Origin: Amoebophrya sp. A120
Lineage: Eukaryota > Protista > Dinoflagellata
Assembly: GCA_905178155.1 (NCBI GenBank)
Contig: CAJINV010000005.1
Span: 2,668,054 to 2,732,053 of the forward strand
Reading direction: 5' to 3'
Length of the DNA stretch: 64,000 nucleotides
A program made the position numbers and the translations under genes. Under the pieces are notes generated by a model. The model made no database searches and was not told where the DNA came from. It worked only from the letters and a program-made list of their open reading frames with translations. Shown here one piece after another: positions 13,701 to 25,400 of this stretch; the first letter of the stretch is position 1; every line of letters begins with the position of its first letter.

Positions 13701-16700
13701 GCAGGAGGAAGTAACTCCACCCTTTCCACTCACAGAAAAATTACCGGCCGCAAAAGCAGGGGAAAACCCGGGCCAGGGGTTGCCACGCGATCATGAAAAT
13801 GATCACAACCATGCTGAGAATGATGAAGTCTTCGCGAGCACTTTCGAGGGTGGCACAGGTAGCCCGGCGGCGACCACCGCGACAAGAAGCAAATCGAAAT
13901 CTTCTGAGTTTGATACAATTGCCGAAGATTTCGAACTCGAAGCGAAAGCAACAAGCCAAACACATGCCCCACAGCTGGCAGAAATTGCGACTCCTTCTTC
14001 GGCAATGGCGCTGCGAGACGAGCAGGTTGATCAGAAAACCCTCGCAAGCGGCAATGATCTTCATCACGCAACAGGAACTAGCACACGCCCCAGCGGTCCT
14101 GCAAACGGGTTGACGGACTTTCTTGAAGGTGATTCGCCTGCAACGACTGAAATAGTGGAAACCGGCGACATCGGTGGGCGCATGTCTAGTGAGGTTGCTG
14201 GCGGTGCGACGAGTGCAGGTGAGGAGCGGTCGCCGCACGTAGTGGAGGACAACGCTCTGAAGACGGATGCTGACGACGACGAAAACCAGCAGGAGGGACC
14301 TCCATGCACGTCGTCGCGGCATCTCGAGATTGCTACTCCTGCGCCAAAGGCTACACAAAAGCCACGGGGTGCTGCAGCGACTCCTGTGCCCTTAATGTCT
14401 CAAGATGTGGAACCGCCGGAAGCGATTTCCGCCACGGAATCGGGCGCCGCTGCGCAACCCGAAGCTCCCAGCAATCTTGATCCTGGCGCGTCGGTTTCTG
14501 CTCTTCCAGGAGGAGAGCCGCCACCGCAGCAAATTAGCGCAAAGGACGAAGAGAAGGGCCGGCCGGCTGTACTCGTAGGTTACAAGGACAGATACCCAAC
14601 GAAATACAATGCTGGAGATATTGCAGCGGACGCGACGTGGAAAAAGCAAGCGACGTGGGATCTCATCAACGGCGCCTACGTCACAACGTTGGACCCGTGT
14701 ACGGAAATGGATTTTCTTCGCTGTAGCGGCAGTGTCGAGCTGGGGCCTGCTTCGGTTCATTCCTCAGGCACCCCTGTGCCGGGAAAAGAAGGTGCGTCTG
14801 CACTGCCCATATCTGTGCGGCATACTTTTAGCAGTGCGGAACTAGTATCAGACATAGGGGAGCCGTCAATGACATGCGCGGTACTAACGAAAGATTGCGC
14901 GGCCGAAGAAACCGATGCAGGAATAGCACGCTTTCTCGCAGGGAGAAATAGGGAGTGGTACCATGACACACAGTGGATGTGCCAAGGTGAAAGTGGCGGT
15001 CTTGTTGCCTATTGCGGCGGGCTGCCACAAGAACCAGCCCAAGCGGCGTGGTGGTCGTGCTTGTCTTGTTCTCCCTTGACGAAGCCGGCGGTTGACGGTG
15101 GAGAAGATGCGGAGAGGGGAACTTGCCTGTGGAAGGAGACGCTCGTTGTACCACCAGGCCAGACGTCGACCCCGGCCACGAGGAGGTATTGTGGCCATGT
15201 CGCTAACGTTGAGCCGAGTGCCAAATTGCAGAACATCCCGGACTGTTTGGAATTGTCGCCCCAAACCCGGAGCATCATGCTGACGCTTCGGCCATCGGAC
15301 GGAAGCAGCCAGAGCCCCCCAGCAGCAACTGATGCCAGCGCCAGGCAAGAATGCACCTCACCAGCAGAAGGCAGCAGCGGAGGTCAGGTCGATGTCATAA
15401 ACCACTACAAAAAATCGGCACCGGGCGGCGGGCATGCGCGGGTATCGTTTGGGGCTTTTGAGGTAGCTGAAGCTGCGCACTTTTCTACACAAGAAGCCCC
15501 CGCGCGCGCGGCCGAGGCTGCCTCGGTACAACAAATAAAAGGAAGTGCCGCGGGCGCGGCGACGTCGCTCTTCTGCAAAATACTCCTTGACGGGGTTCAG
15601 TTCAAGCCCCCCGACCTCCCTTTGGGTTTGACCGACGTCGCGCGGGGGATCATCTTCCAACAGTCGAATACCGGCGAGTGCGAAGTTGGGAACTTTGTGC
15701 ATGGATACCCCCCGCAAAATGGGAGAGTTTACTACCAGTTTTGCTGCGACGGGGGCTTTAGTGTGCGCGAGCCAATGATGCAGACACGGCACGAAAATGC
15801 CGACGCCGAGACGAGGACGCTCGGCCCCTTTGCTTGTCTCGCCGCTAGAGATGTTCTGGGCAAGGAGCGGATCGCCAGGCTCTTCTCGAAGCCCGACACC
15901 GCAAACTGGCGCGCCCTGTGTGGTGTCAAAATGCGTGGGGACCTGCTTGACTTCCTCCCGAGCTCTGCCTCGATCACTATCTCGAAAAGCCCAACAAGTG
16001 CGGGAGAGCAGGCTGTACGTGTACTGAATCTTTTGCTGGGAATCATGTTGCAGGTCTATTTGCAGTTGCTGAAGATGCATAGAGCTGGCCTGATGCACAG
16101 GGACGTGAAGGCCGAGAACATCCTTCTGTATTTCACGGAGGATGGCGTTTCGAACTTGTTCCAAATGGCGTCTGCATTTGCGCAGGAAAAAGGTGGTCGC
16201 GCCCCAACCTCAGTGACCGCAGTTCTGATGGATTTTGGCTTCGTGTGTCGTGCCTCTCAAAAAGCGTTTGTCGACAAAAGTTTGGCAACCAAGGTAAGGG
16301 AGTGCTCAGCAACCGGGGGTGACGTGGGGTCGGAGTTATCCGTGTCTCCGGATCATTGGTGGAACATCCGCCCTATAGGTTCTCCCATCGCAGGGGCGAT
16401 CTGCTTTCCTGGGCAAGAACGACGGCAAGCCTCGTCCGCCTCATCTTTCTGCAGACGGATCCGTCGAGTGCTCCAAAGAACACAGAAAAGGTACAAGTGG
16501 GCGAACAAAGCTCGTTTGCCTGGCCAAGAAGCACTGAAAAATCTTTCAGGGATATTTTTCAACTGCGCAACAAGGATCTGGCGATGCTTCAAAATAAAGT
16601 ACGATTGATCCCGGAGACCGAGACCGAGCAGAGGAAAATTATTTGGAGTGAAAAGACCGTGGTCGACCTCTGCAAGTCCCCAGAGCTGGCTTTTCTGAAC

Positions 16701-16958
16701 GAGTCGGGCTGCAAGAAGGTTGCCAAGCTGAAATTTGACATGGAGCAATTCAGGGCAGAGGCTCGCAAGTTCAACATCAACATCCAGACGCTTGAGGATT
16801 TTGAGGGAACCGCGGTCGCCGAAAAGTCTCTTCTGCAGATCGTGTTCGAAGCCTTACTCGGGAAGCTCGACCGGAACTCGGACATCAAACCTGCGCCGAA
16901 AGATAGCTACGCGGATTACGATGAGTACGACTGGGGGCAGGAAAATCCAAAGAACTGA
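10727..16958 (+). CDS. Large protein with C-terminal protein kinase-like domain; apparent frameshift near 16350-16380
   Basis: MHRDVKAENILL (catalytic loop), LMDFGF (DFG), GS..VSPD (APE-like) in ORF 12844. GDLLSW (subdomain IX-like) is in a different frame (ORF 16356). The upstream S/T-rich exon (~10727-11083) joins in frame to 12709 across an intron containing a SINE (inferred). Confidence 0.65.
11335..12305 (+). mobile_element. SINE-like or internally deleted non-LTR retroposon (~970 bp)
   Basis: 17-bp target-site duplication CAATTGACACTGTAATT (11318-11334, 12306-12322). GC-rich body with a 3' (AATAC)n tail from ~12292. Confidence 0.85.
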
Positions 16959-17468
16959 TGAGTCGGGACGGAAATCATCATCTCGGCTACCTTTGCCTAT
17001 CCACCAGGAGCTGACCAAAAGATCAGCACACTATGCCCCCGCACGCACATTTGATAACCATCTTATTGATCTTGAAAACAATACGGTTCTGTTTGGGTTG
17101 CAATAAAGATGAAAGTATCTGTAAGTTTGAGGTGTCTGTAAGTACAAGATGGATTGTCCCCGAGTGTTCTAACGTCCGGTCTTGTTAAGACGTGTCCTGT
17201 CGCTCCTCAGCGCGACTCTCTTGTCTTTCGTTCGCCCAGTCCCGACATCTCGTCAACATCTTCCCGTTGCGGATTTGCTCGTTCGTTGCGGCGTTGTGGA
17301 GAACATCGAACCCACGGGCAGCAGCATTGCGAAGTAAACGCATACGGAGGCGGGCTGGGGCAGACGCGGGCTGAGAGGATCACGCACTAAGCGGCCCGCA
17401 CGTGACAGAACCGCCCAGTACCACGCGGCCACCGGTATCGCGACAAAGGAATACAACCAGGGATCCAG

Positions 17469-18033
17469 AGCAGGCCGTCATAGTCCGAGCAACCAGGATA
17501 GGGAGCTTGGGGACTGCTACTGGTGATTTTATGCACTTTCCTTTGAGTCGCAGCGACGTAGTGCTTGTCACGCGACCACGCGAGGAAGCCCCTCAGACAG
17601 ACCACAACAATACCGCACACCACCGCGACAACGAGCAGTGCGACAAAAGAGTACGAGCAGGGATCCAAAGCAGGCCGACATAGTCCGGGTGACCGTGGCA
17701 AAGGAACCCGGGGCCTGCTTCTGGTGATTTTCCTCTGGGATCGCGACGGGCTGCTGTATTTGACGCACCCACACCAACAACACCTCCAAACAAACAGTAG
17801 CAACGAACCTTGACCAAGATCCGCCTGCGCCAGCCCCTCAGCGAAACCATCCATGAGCAACTTCCGCTGCAACTACTTACCGTTCCCCCAGACCCCAAGG
17901 AAACGATAAAAGGCCAGTACAGCTACGACGCGACGCGCCGAACAACACCGCACGACCACCAAACGCACCAGTGAGACCGCCAAGGCCGGTCGTCATAGTC
18001 CGGGCGCCCCTGGCAAGGACGCTCGGGACCAGC
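17469..18033 (+). ncRNA. Three copies of a bulged stem-loop RNA motif in the LINE 5' UTR (17469-17518, 17668-17720, 17985-18033)
   Basis: Lower stem, 8-nt bulge G(T/A)CATAGT, upper stem CCGRGY and a 14-15 nt cap. Stem sequences differ between copies but keep pairing. Confidence 0.55.
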
Positions 18034-18342
18034 GGGCAGCACTCCTGACGGCGGGTCGGCAGCCGTGGAAGAAGCAGGTGGCTTCATCGAGGTGCAAATA
18101 GCACGTTGCAACTAGCAAGCAAGACCCCCACTTACAAGATCCCAAAAAAGTAAAAGACGGCAAAAAGGGACATCTATACACATAGCCGCAAATAAAAGAC
18201 CCCGGAAAAAAGTAGAAGAGTGGCAAAGGGGCAAAATAAGAGAAAAGAACAGCCACCGGGGGTCTTGTATAAATATTTTTCTGGTTCTTAACCCTCGCCT
18301 CCGGGACGAGTCGCGGCACCGGTTTAGCCGGAAACCCCGCCC

Positions 18343-18570
18343 CGTCTGAAGACGAGCAGTAGTGTCGTTGCTCTTCAGACACGAGCGGAAGCCGATTTTT
18401 TCGAGACCGCAGCGGTGTCTTTTCCGGCTCCGGACGACCATGCCGTCGCGTCTGAAGACGAACAGTGGTGACGTTGCTCTCCAGACACGAGCGGAGACCG
18501 GCTTTTTCGAGTCCGCAGCGGCGCCTTTTCCGACTCCAGACGACCACACCGTCGCGTCTGAAGACGAACA
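18343..18570. repeat. 106-bp tandem repeat (~2.2 copies) in the LINE 5' UTR
   Basis: CGTCTGAAGACGA recurs at 18343, 18449 and 18555. Each full unit contains a GTCTGAAGA..TCTYCAGAC hairpin. Confidence 0.9.
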
Positions 18571-18749
18571 CTGTGCTTTTCAGGCTTGCAGCGCGGACAC
18601 TTTGCCCTTCTGGTGATAAAGCTGCAGTGTCCGGATTCCCATCCTGTTTTGCGCCTCGCAGGAGCAGACTCCACAAAGGACCCGGCTGATAGCTCTACCC
18701 CCCCGATCCTGTAGTATCGCCGCGCTAGCCGGCGCGATGCACCGACGAG

Positions 18750-19455
18750 ATGCCTGTTGTGATCCCGAGAAGGTGGCGACCGGCACTCACGCTTCTTGAC
18801 GAACTGGAGCAGAAAGGCGTCGTCAGTGCCCGAGAACTTGCTGAACACCGAGAAAACACGACGGAGACCCGCGCTGCGTTAACCAACCTGGCCCACGTAG
18901 CAGTGCTGCTCCGGTACCTCTATTGCCCGACGGTCATCCTTCGAAAGGAGTTAGACGAGCAAGGTAGCTGGCAAACCTACATCTGCCAGTACTACAGGAC
19001 CAGCGCAGTGCTGGAGCTCGCACACACGGCCCCGACTCCGCGTTTTACTGTGGGGGGACGAAAACTCCGCGACAGGCTCGCGGAATTGCTCGAGGAGCTG
19101 GACGAGAAGTGTGAGAGCTTCTTCATCCGCGTCGACCTGGTGCACGCCGCCTGGGCGGACATTCCGAAGCGGTTCGCCTGGGCGGACATTCCGAAGCGGT
19201 TCATCGTGTCGATCATCTACGATCCCTTCGGCGGTGATAACGACGCAGTGCGCCACCTGGTGGCGTCGTTAGCGCCACCTGGTGGAACAAGCAGAGAGGA
19301 AGGCGGCGGCCGCAGTGCGCGACCGCATCTTTGACGTCGAGGAAGAAAACAGGCAGCTCCGCGCGGAGAGCCAGCGCTTACGTTTCGAGAGCGACCTCCT
19401 GCGACACGTCGGGGACACTGGTGGCACGGCGAGACGGGTGGTGGACGAAGAGTAG
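18750..19455 (+). pseudogene. LINE upstream ORF (ORF0, ~218 aa reconstructed, C-terminal coiled coil), frameshifted
   Basis: ORF 18750 carries a 27-bp tandem duplication (19148-19201) and a 22-bp insertion (19264-19285). Removing the latter extends it to ..VRHLVEQAERKAAAAVRDRIFDVEEENRQLRAESQRLRFESDLL..DEE* (TAG 19453-19455). Confidence 0.65.
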
Positions 19456-19470
19456 GAACCGTAACTACGA

Positions 19471-22400
19471 ATGAAAGGTGGAGGAAAAGGAGGCGCCGGC
19501 GACGCCCCAGCATGGGGCCACACAACTGGCCAGCTCCAGCATTGGGGGCAGTATCCCGCGAACCAACAGTACAGACCGGTAGCGGCGCAGACGGGGATGA
19601 GAACAGAGCAAGGACAACCCCCGCAGCACTGGCAGAACGGGAACAGCAGCTGGCAACCTGCGCAACAGCCCTCCAACGCTGCTGTGGCCCAATTTGGGAC
19701 ACAGCTAAGCAGTGCAACAGCTGAACAGCAAGCCGGCAACCTGTGCGGCTTTGGGAGCGCGATGAGAGCGGGAAACAGCAGTAGTCTTGGTGGGGGCGGG
19801 GGAAGCAGCAGCAGCTTCGGCGACATGGCCACGACGGCGTATGCCAGCTCCCACGCTGGCCCTAGCCTGAGCGCGCATTTCAACAACCCGATCCCGCGCC
19901 AGCAGTACAGCGGCCCCCCAGGCGGGGGCATGACCGGCTTCGGGGGGATGGGGAGCTACCACGCTGCGAACGGGGCGGGGCCGCCAACCATTGCAGACCA
20001 CCTGCTCCTCCAAAACTTGCAACAGCAAAACAACCCAGCATACCACCAGCCCAGCAGCCCAGCCATACCTGTTCAACAACCACAGTTCCCTGCCGGAGGA
20101 CCAGCGCCTCCGCTTTTCGGCCTCCCGGTGCAACAAACGCTCTTCGGGTGCCCGCAGCAACACCATGCTCTCCCAGCGCAACAAACGTTCACCGCGGAGG
20201 AAGTCCAGCGACTCCTCGCGGCGCAGCAGCAACAACTCCAGCCAATGAGACCAAGCGCGCCCATGCCTGTCAACATAGGCGGGCCCATGTCACAGCTTGC
20301 ACAGTCAGGCGCCGACGCTTTGGGGGGTGCTGGAGGTGTTGTCCCCGCCCTCCAGCAAAACCACAAAGACATCTGCCAGCTCCTGGGCCAGCTGCAGGGC
20401 AGGGAGATAGCAGTGCCGCTGATCACCAGGAACGCGCTGACCGGGGAGGGGACTGACGTTGAACACCTGTTGACATTGTCGGAGCAGCTGCGGGAAGTCC
20501 GCAAGGCAGTAGAAGATCTTGCCAAGGCACGCGACGAAGCCGCACAGAACAGCACTGACACGTGCCTGCGGCAAGTTGTGCAGCAGAGCCACCCACAGTG
20601 CCCGGACGAACACCAGCAGCAGCAGCAGCGCCAGCAAGCTGCTGTACGAGCGTCCACGATCCCGACTTGTGCCCAACACCTGCCTACGCAGACGCAGCCG
20701 GCGAAAGCGCAAACAGGCGCGGAGGCACTTGCACCACAGCGGCCGGTCGTAGAACAGCAGAACCCCACCCCCAGGCAACATCCCGCGCTCGGACACCCCC
20801 CGCTCCCGCCGAGCCATCTTGCGCAGCCGATCCCGAATTGGCCCGCCACCGTAGAGCAACGTCCCACCCATCCCCGGACGGACACGTACTCACCGTGCGT
20901 CCGTGATGGAGCAGTCGCACTGGCCGCGGACGCCGGGAACTTCCTCTGGGAGCTGATCACGCAGCGCTGGGTGCTGGTGTTGTTTGGAGCAGTGCTGCTT
21001 GTGGCGCTCGGCATTGCGAACACGCAAGTGCACAGCCCGGGAGCCCTGGAGGTCGGTCCGAGCCCCTTCGCCGAAGTCGCCGCGATCCCCAACACCGCCT
21101 TGCTGCTACAGGAAGGAAACGCCGCTGCTTTTCGAACAATAAACACGGGCCGCGCGACGAAGGCGCGACGCGGTCTTGTGCCGCAAGATGAAGATGATGA
21201 TCAAAATATTTTCACCTTTCCCAACGGGGAACCGCTCGACCTCCGCATCGAGCAGGCAAGGCGGCAGCGCCAGGCGTGCCGCCGGTGGTTGTCGGACCGG
21301 CACGACATAGAGCTGTCGCTGCCGATGGTAGTTCTAGGGGTGGCGCTCCTCTTCGCGGGGATAGCGGTGTGCCACAGCGCAGTGAGCACCGCCCTCAGCA
21401 CGGCAGCGGACGCCTTGCGCAATGCGGCGGTGCGCAGGTACGGGGCGCTAGGGGCGAGGAAGGCGGGGGCGCACGAAAGCAAACCGCAACCGCAGCCCGG
21501 AGCACACCAAGGCAGAACGCCGGGAACACACCTAGACCAGGCGCAGCTGCAGGCACGCGCCCTGCCGCTGGGGAGCGACACACCAAGCGCCCAAAACGGG
21601 GCGGCACCACACCCCCCCGAACCGCCGCTAGCAGCACAGCCGGCGGGAACGAGCGGCGCGGGAGGTCAGGGCGGTGGAGAAGGGGAAAAAACACGAACCG
21701 GGCCCGGCGAGTCCGGGCGCGGCCCGACGGACGCGAGCCTACGCGAGCAGCTAGGCGCAGCACACGACAGACAGGTCGCACAAGTGCGGCGACGCACAAT
21801 CCGCCCGCCCCCAGGTCTAGCGCCAACGCCACAGGCGAAGACATTCGCAGGATTTCCACCCTAACGCAAAAAGTTTCGGAAAATCCACATAGCGCAAAAA
21901 CAAAATCCAAAAAAAAGCCAAAAAAAATTTTTTGAATTTTTTTGCTTCCCCGACGGTCTGGCCTATGTGAGGCATTTCCCGAGTCTGTTCTCGCCCCTGT
22001 TTGTCAGAGGAGGGCCGGGCGCAGGTGTCGCATACTTGCCCGCTTGGGTGGTCCACATCTCTTGGCCTCCACTGCTGGCGATGAGAACCCAGAGTGGCAA
22101 ACCCGTGTGGGGTTGCGCCTTCTTCTGTCGGGGAGCAGAGGCGCCCTTGTGGCGCATTGCCGCCGTAGAAGATTTTTCTTTGGGTTTGGCAAGGAAAAAT
22201 CGCAGAAAAAATTTGAAAAAAGTCCGGGAAAAATCAAGAGGCGCGCAAAAAAAATTTGAAAAAAATTCTAGAAAGTGGCCAATTTGCAAAAACCAATGGG
22301 ATTTTGCTAATGTGGCCGATTTTCCGAAATTTTTTTTGGCCATTTTTCGCACCTCTTGAAATTTTATCCGGCCAAATTCAAATTTTTTTTGGGCAAATCG

Positions 22401-25400
22401 AAATTTTTTTAAAATTTTTCTTGGCCACACGCAAAGGAAATTCTGCACTTCAATTCGAACGCATCCGAGCGCCCGCGTTGTCGAGCAGCCACGTCCATCA
22501 TGCCTGCGCGCCGCCTCCCGCGCGCTCCTGAGGCATACCGAGCCCGTGTGGCGTGGCGCCTTTGTGTTTTGCTTCATCCCATTGCGAAGCACCGAAGGCA
22601 GCGACCCAAATCCCGCCAGCCTTCTTGTGCAGCCTGCAGGACGGGCCCCAACCCGCCCCCGGCCCAAGAGCCACCCCGCTACCCTTCTCGGAAATTTTAA
22701 AAAATTTCAGGAAAAAAGTGGACTTTTCGGCCCAAAAGCGTTAGGGGCAAAATCCGGCAAAAAGACAGCTCCGAACACGCAAGAAAGAGGCGCTGCGAGT
22801 AGCAGTAACAGTAGTAGGAGCGGGGCACAAGACGCGGGCTCCCTGGCCCCCGCGTCACAGGAGCCACCGAGCCAGACCTGCGCACAGGAGTGCGAGATCG
22901 TGCCGGTGAACGAAGGACGCGGTCGACCACGTCAGCGACCTGTGCGTCCTGGCAGACGTGAAGGATACGTTGAAGAAAAACGCAAACGAAAGGCGCTTCA
23001 AGTGCACGGCGCCGGGGTGTGACTGGGCGAGCGGCTACCAGCACCGGGTGGACTCGTTTGGCAAGCACCTAGCGAAAGCTCACCCCGAGTGCACGCATTT
23101 CCTGATGCCGGAAATCAACCGGCAGAAGGAGATCACGCGCTACCAGAAACACCCGGCCCCGAAAAAGCCCCAACCAGAGGCAAGCCAGTACGACGCAAAC
23201 CACAGGCGTCCACTGGTGCAGGGCGCGACGCGCGTTCTGCAGTGGAACGCGCAGTCGCTCAACGCGAGCAACGAAGAAGCAGCAGCGGCAAAGGGCGCCG
23301 CTTTGAGGGAGACGCTAGAATTCCAAGATGCGACGCTCTGCCATCTCCAGGAAATCTGGTGCGACGCGGAGTACCTGAAGTCGTTCGTAGATCGGCACCT
23401 TCCGGAGTGGGAGGTAGTAGATGTCTTCCCGTCGGACGGAGTAGGAGGTGGCGCCGCCACGATAAAGCACGAGAGCCTGCGGGGCGCCATGCGGTCGAAC
23501 GAGGGCTGCAGGGTAACGGTCACCTCCGGAAGGAATGTCGCAGCAACGTGCGCGACAATCTTCGACTGCGAAACCGGAGAAGAGTGGGCAGTGTCCGCGG
23601 GAGTGTACACGCCCCCGGGGATCCCCGCGCTCCCGTACGTAGAGGCCCCGGCGAACGTAGAAGTAGCAATCTCCTGGGATGCGAACCACACCCAGGAGCC
23701 AAGAACCAGCGCAGTGCAGCACTGGGCAAGGGCGGAGGCGTTGGAGTTCTACACCGCGGCGGCGGCAACGCGGCCGTGCTCCCAAACGTCGCCAGATGTA
23801 GTCCTGCTCTCAGCAGGCCTGCACACCGCGGCGTCCGAGGTCGATCCGACCGGACCCAATGTTGTCCTCATAGGGGGGGACCACGCAGCACTGGTGTTCG
23901 ACCTGATCCGCCCGGCGACAAAAGAGCACCAAGCAAAGGGCAAGACCTCCGTAGCGGTGGTAAAGGAGCACGAAGAAAGGGCGGCAAAAAAGGACGGAAA
24001 CGCGACAAAAGCAGCGGGGACAAAGGACGACCCAAAAGCACCGAAAGAGACCCCCGAAGGTGGGGTGAAGCTGACAGGCAGTCAGAAAAGGGCGTTGCGA
24101 AAAGAAAAGCTCCAGCGGATCCGGGAGCTGCGCGCGGCCAAACACAGGCAAGCACGCGCCGCCGCCGAGGGGACAACGACGCCGCCAGCAAAGCAAGACC
24201 GACTCCGCTCGCTACCCGGCCTAGGGGCGGTGCTGTGCCTAGCGTCCGGCGCAGTAGCGGCACTGTGCGCAACAGCAACACAGGACACAGGCCTTCCGGG
24301 GGCCGTGGAGAGCACCAGCACAGAGAAGGGGACGAAGGCGGAGGTCGCGCGAGAGGCGAACAGCACCGGCGCCGCACAAGAGGGGGCGCCCCTACCGGAA
24401 GACCCGACGCGACTACCCTGGGACCCCGCGCTGTGGCGCGACCCCGCGCCGGTCGTGCAAAGACGCACACGACTGAACCTGAAGCGGGCGGACTGGACGT
24501 TATACCGGGAAGACCTCGGGCGCTTCCTAGCACAAAACGCACCCCCAGCAACCGTCGAGGGGAAGGTGGAGTACGTGAGGGCCGCGATCTTCGAAGCAGC
24601 ACGCAGAAGCATTCCGCGCACAAACGTCGCGCGGAAAAGACACAAGCGCCCAAGGGGGTCGGCGCCCGGCGTCGGCACGGAGCTAGACCTCGCCTTGAGA
24701 GAGCGAGGGGAGTGCATGCGCAGGCTAGCACTCTGCCCGCCGGGACAGAAGCTGTTGTGGCGCACCGCGCTACGGCAAGCCACAAAGAGGGTCGCGCAGG
24801 CGGAGTACAGCAGGCAGGACGAACGCTTCGCGGACAAACTCGCGGAAGCAGAACAGAGCACAAGCGGCGCCTTCAAGCTCTTGCGCGAGCTGGAGGGGCG
24901 GCCCCCACCGAAACAGCACACCGGTGCGCTGCGCTACGCGGGGGGCTACGCGTTTAAGAAGCTCGCGTGTGTACCCGCGCACTTCTACGGCTCAAACCCA
25001 GCTCTCGACCCAGCATCAGAGCAAGGGGCGTGGGCAACGTACAGCAGCACCCTCGCGGCAGAGCTCGCACCGGGCACGGCGATGCGGCTGGACCTAGACG
25101 ACGTGGAGTTCGCTCGACGGGGACAAAAACCAGCGGGGGCCGCGGGGCCGGACGACATCCTGGGCGGGCGCGATGTTGAAGAACTTCACACAGGACGGGA
25201 AGAAGCTCTTGCGGGACACGTTCTCACAGGGCATCACGGAAGGCGTCACGCCCGAAGCGTTGCGCCTGGAAGTGTGCGCGCCGGTGCCAAAACCCGGACG
25301 CCCCGGGGACTTACCCAAGTCGCTAAGGCCGGTAGCACTAACGTCCTGTCTCGCAAAAGTGTGGGAGCGCGCGGCGCTCCGGAGGCTGCGAGCAGTGTTC

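Noticed and set aside
16954-16976. CTGATGAGTCGGGACGGAAA hammerhead-like core
   Set aside because: There is an extra G before GAAA, no stems I or III with a cleavage triplet were found, and it overlaps the kinase stop codon.
17469-17720. CATAGTCC as a group I intron S element
   Set aside because: No upstream R (GACUA) partner or P/Q core in the right order, and the motif is triplicated.
18343-18570. CRISPR-like array
   Set aside because: The sequences between repeats are near-identical, so this is a tandem repeat. No cas genes, and the context is eukaryotic.
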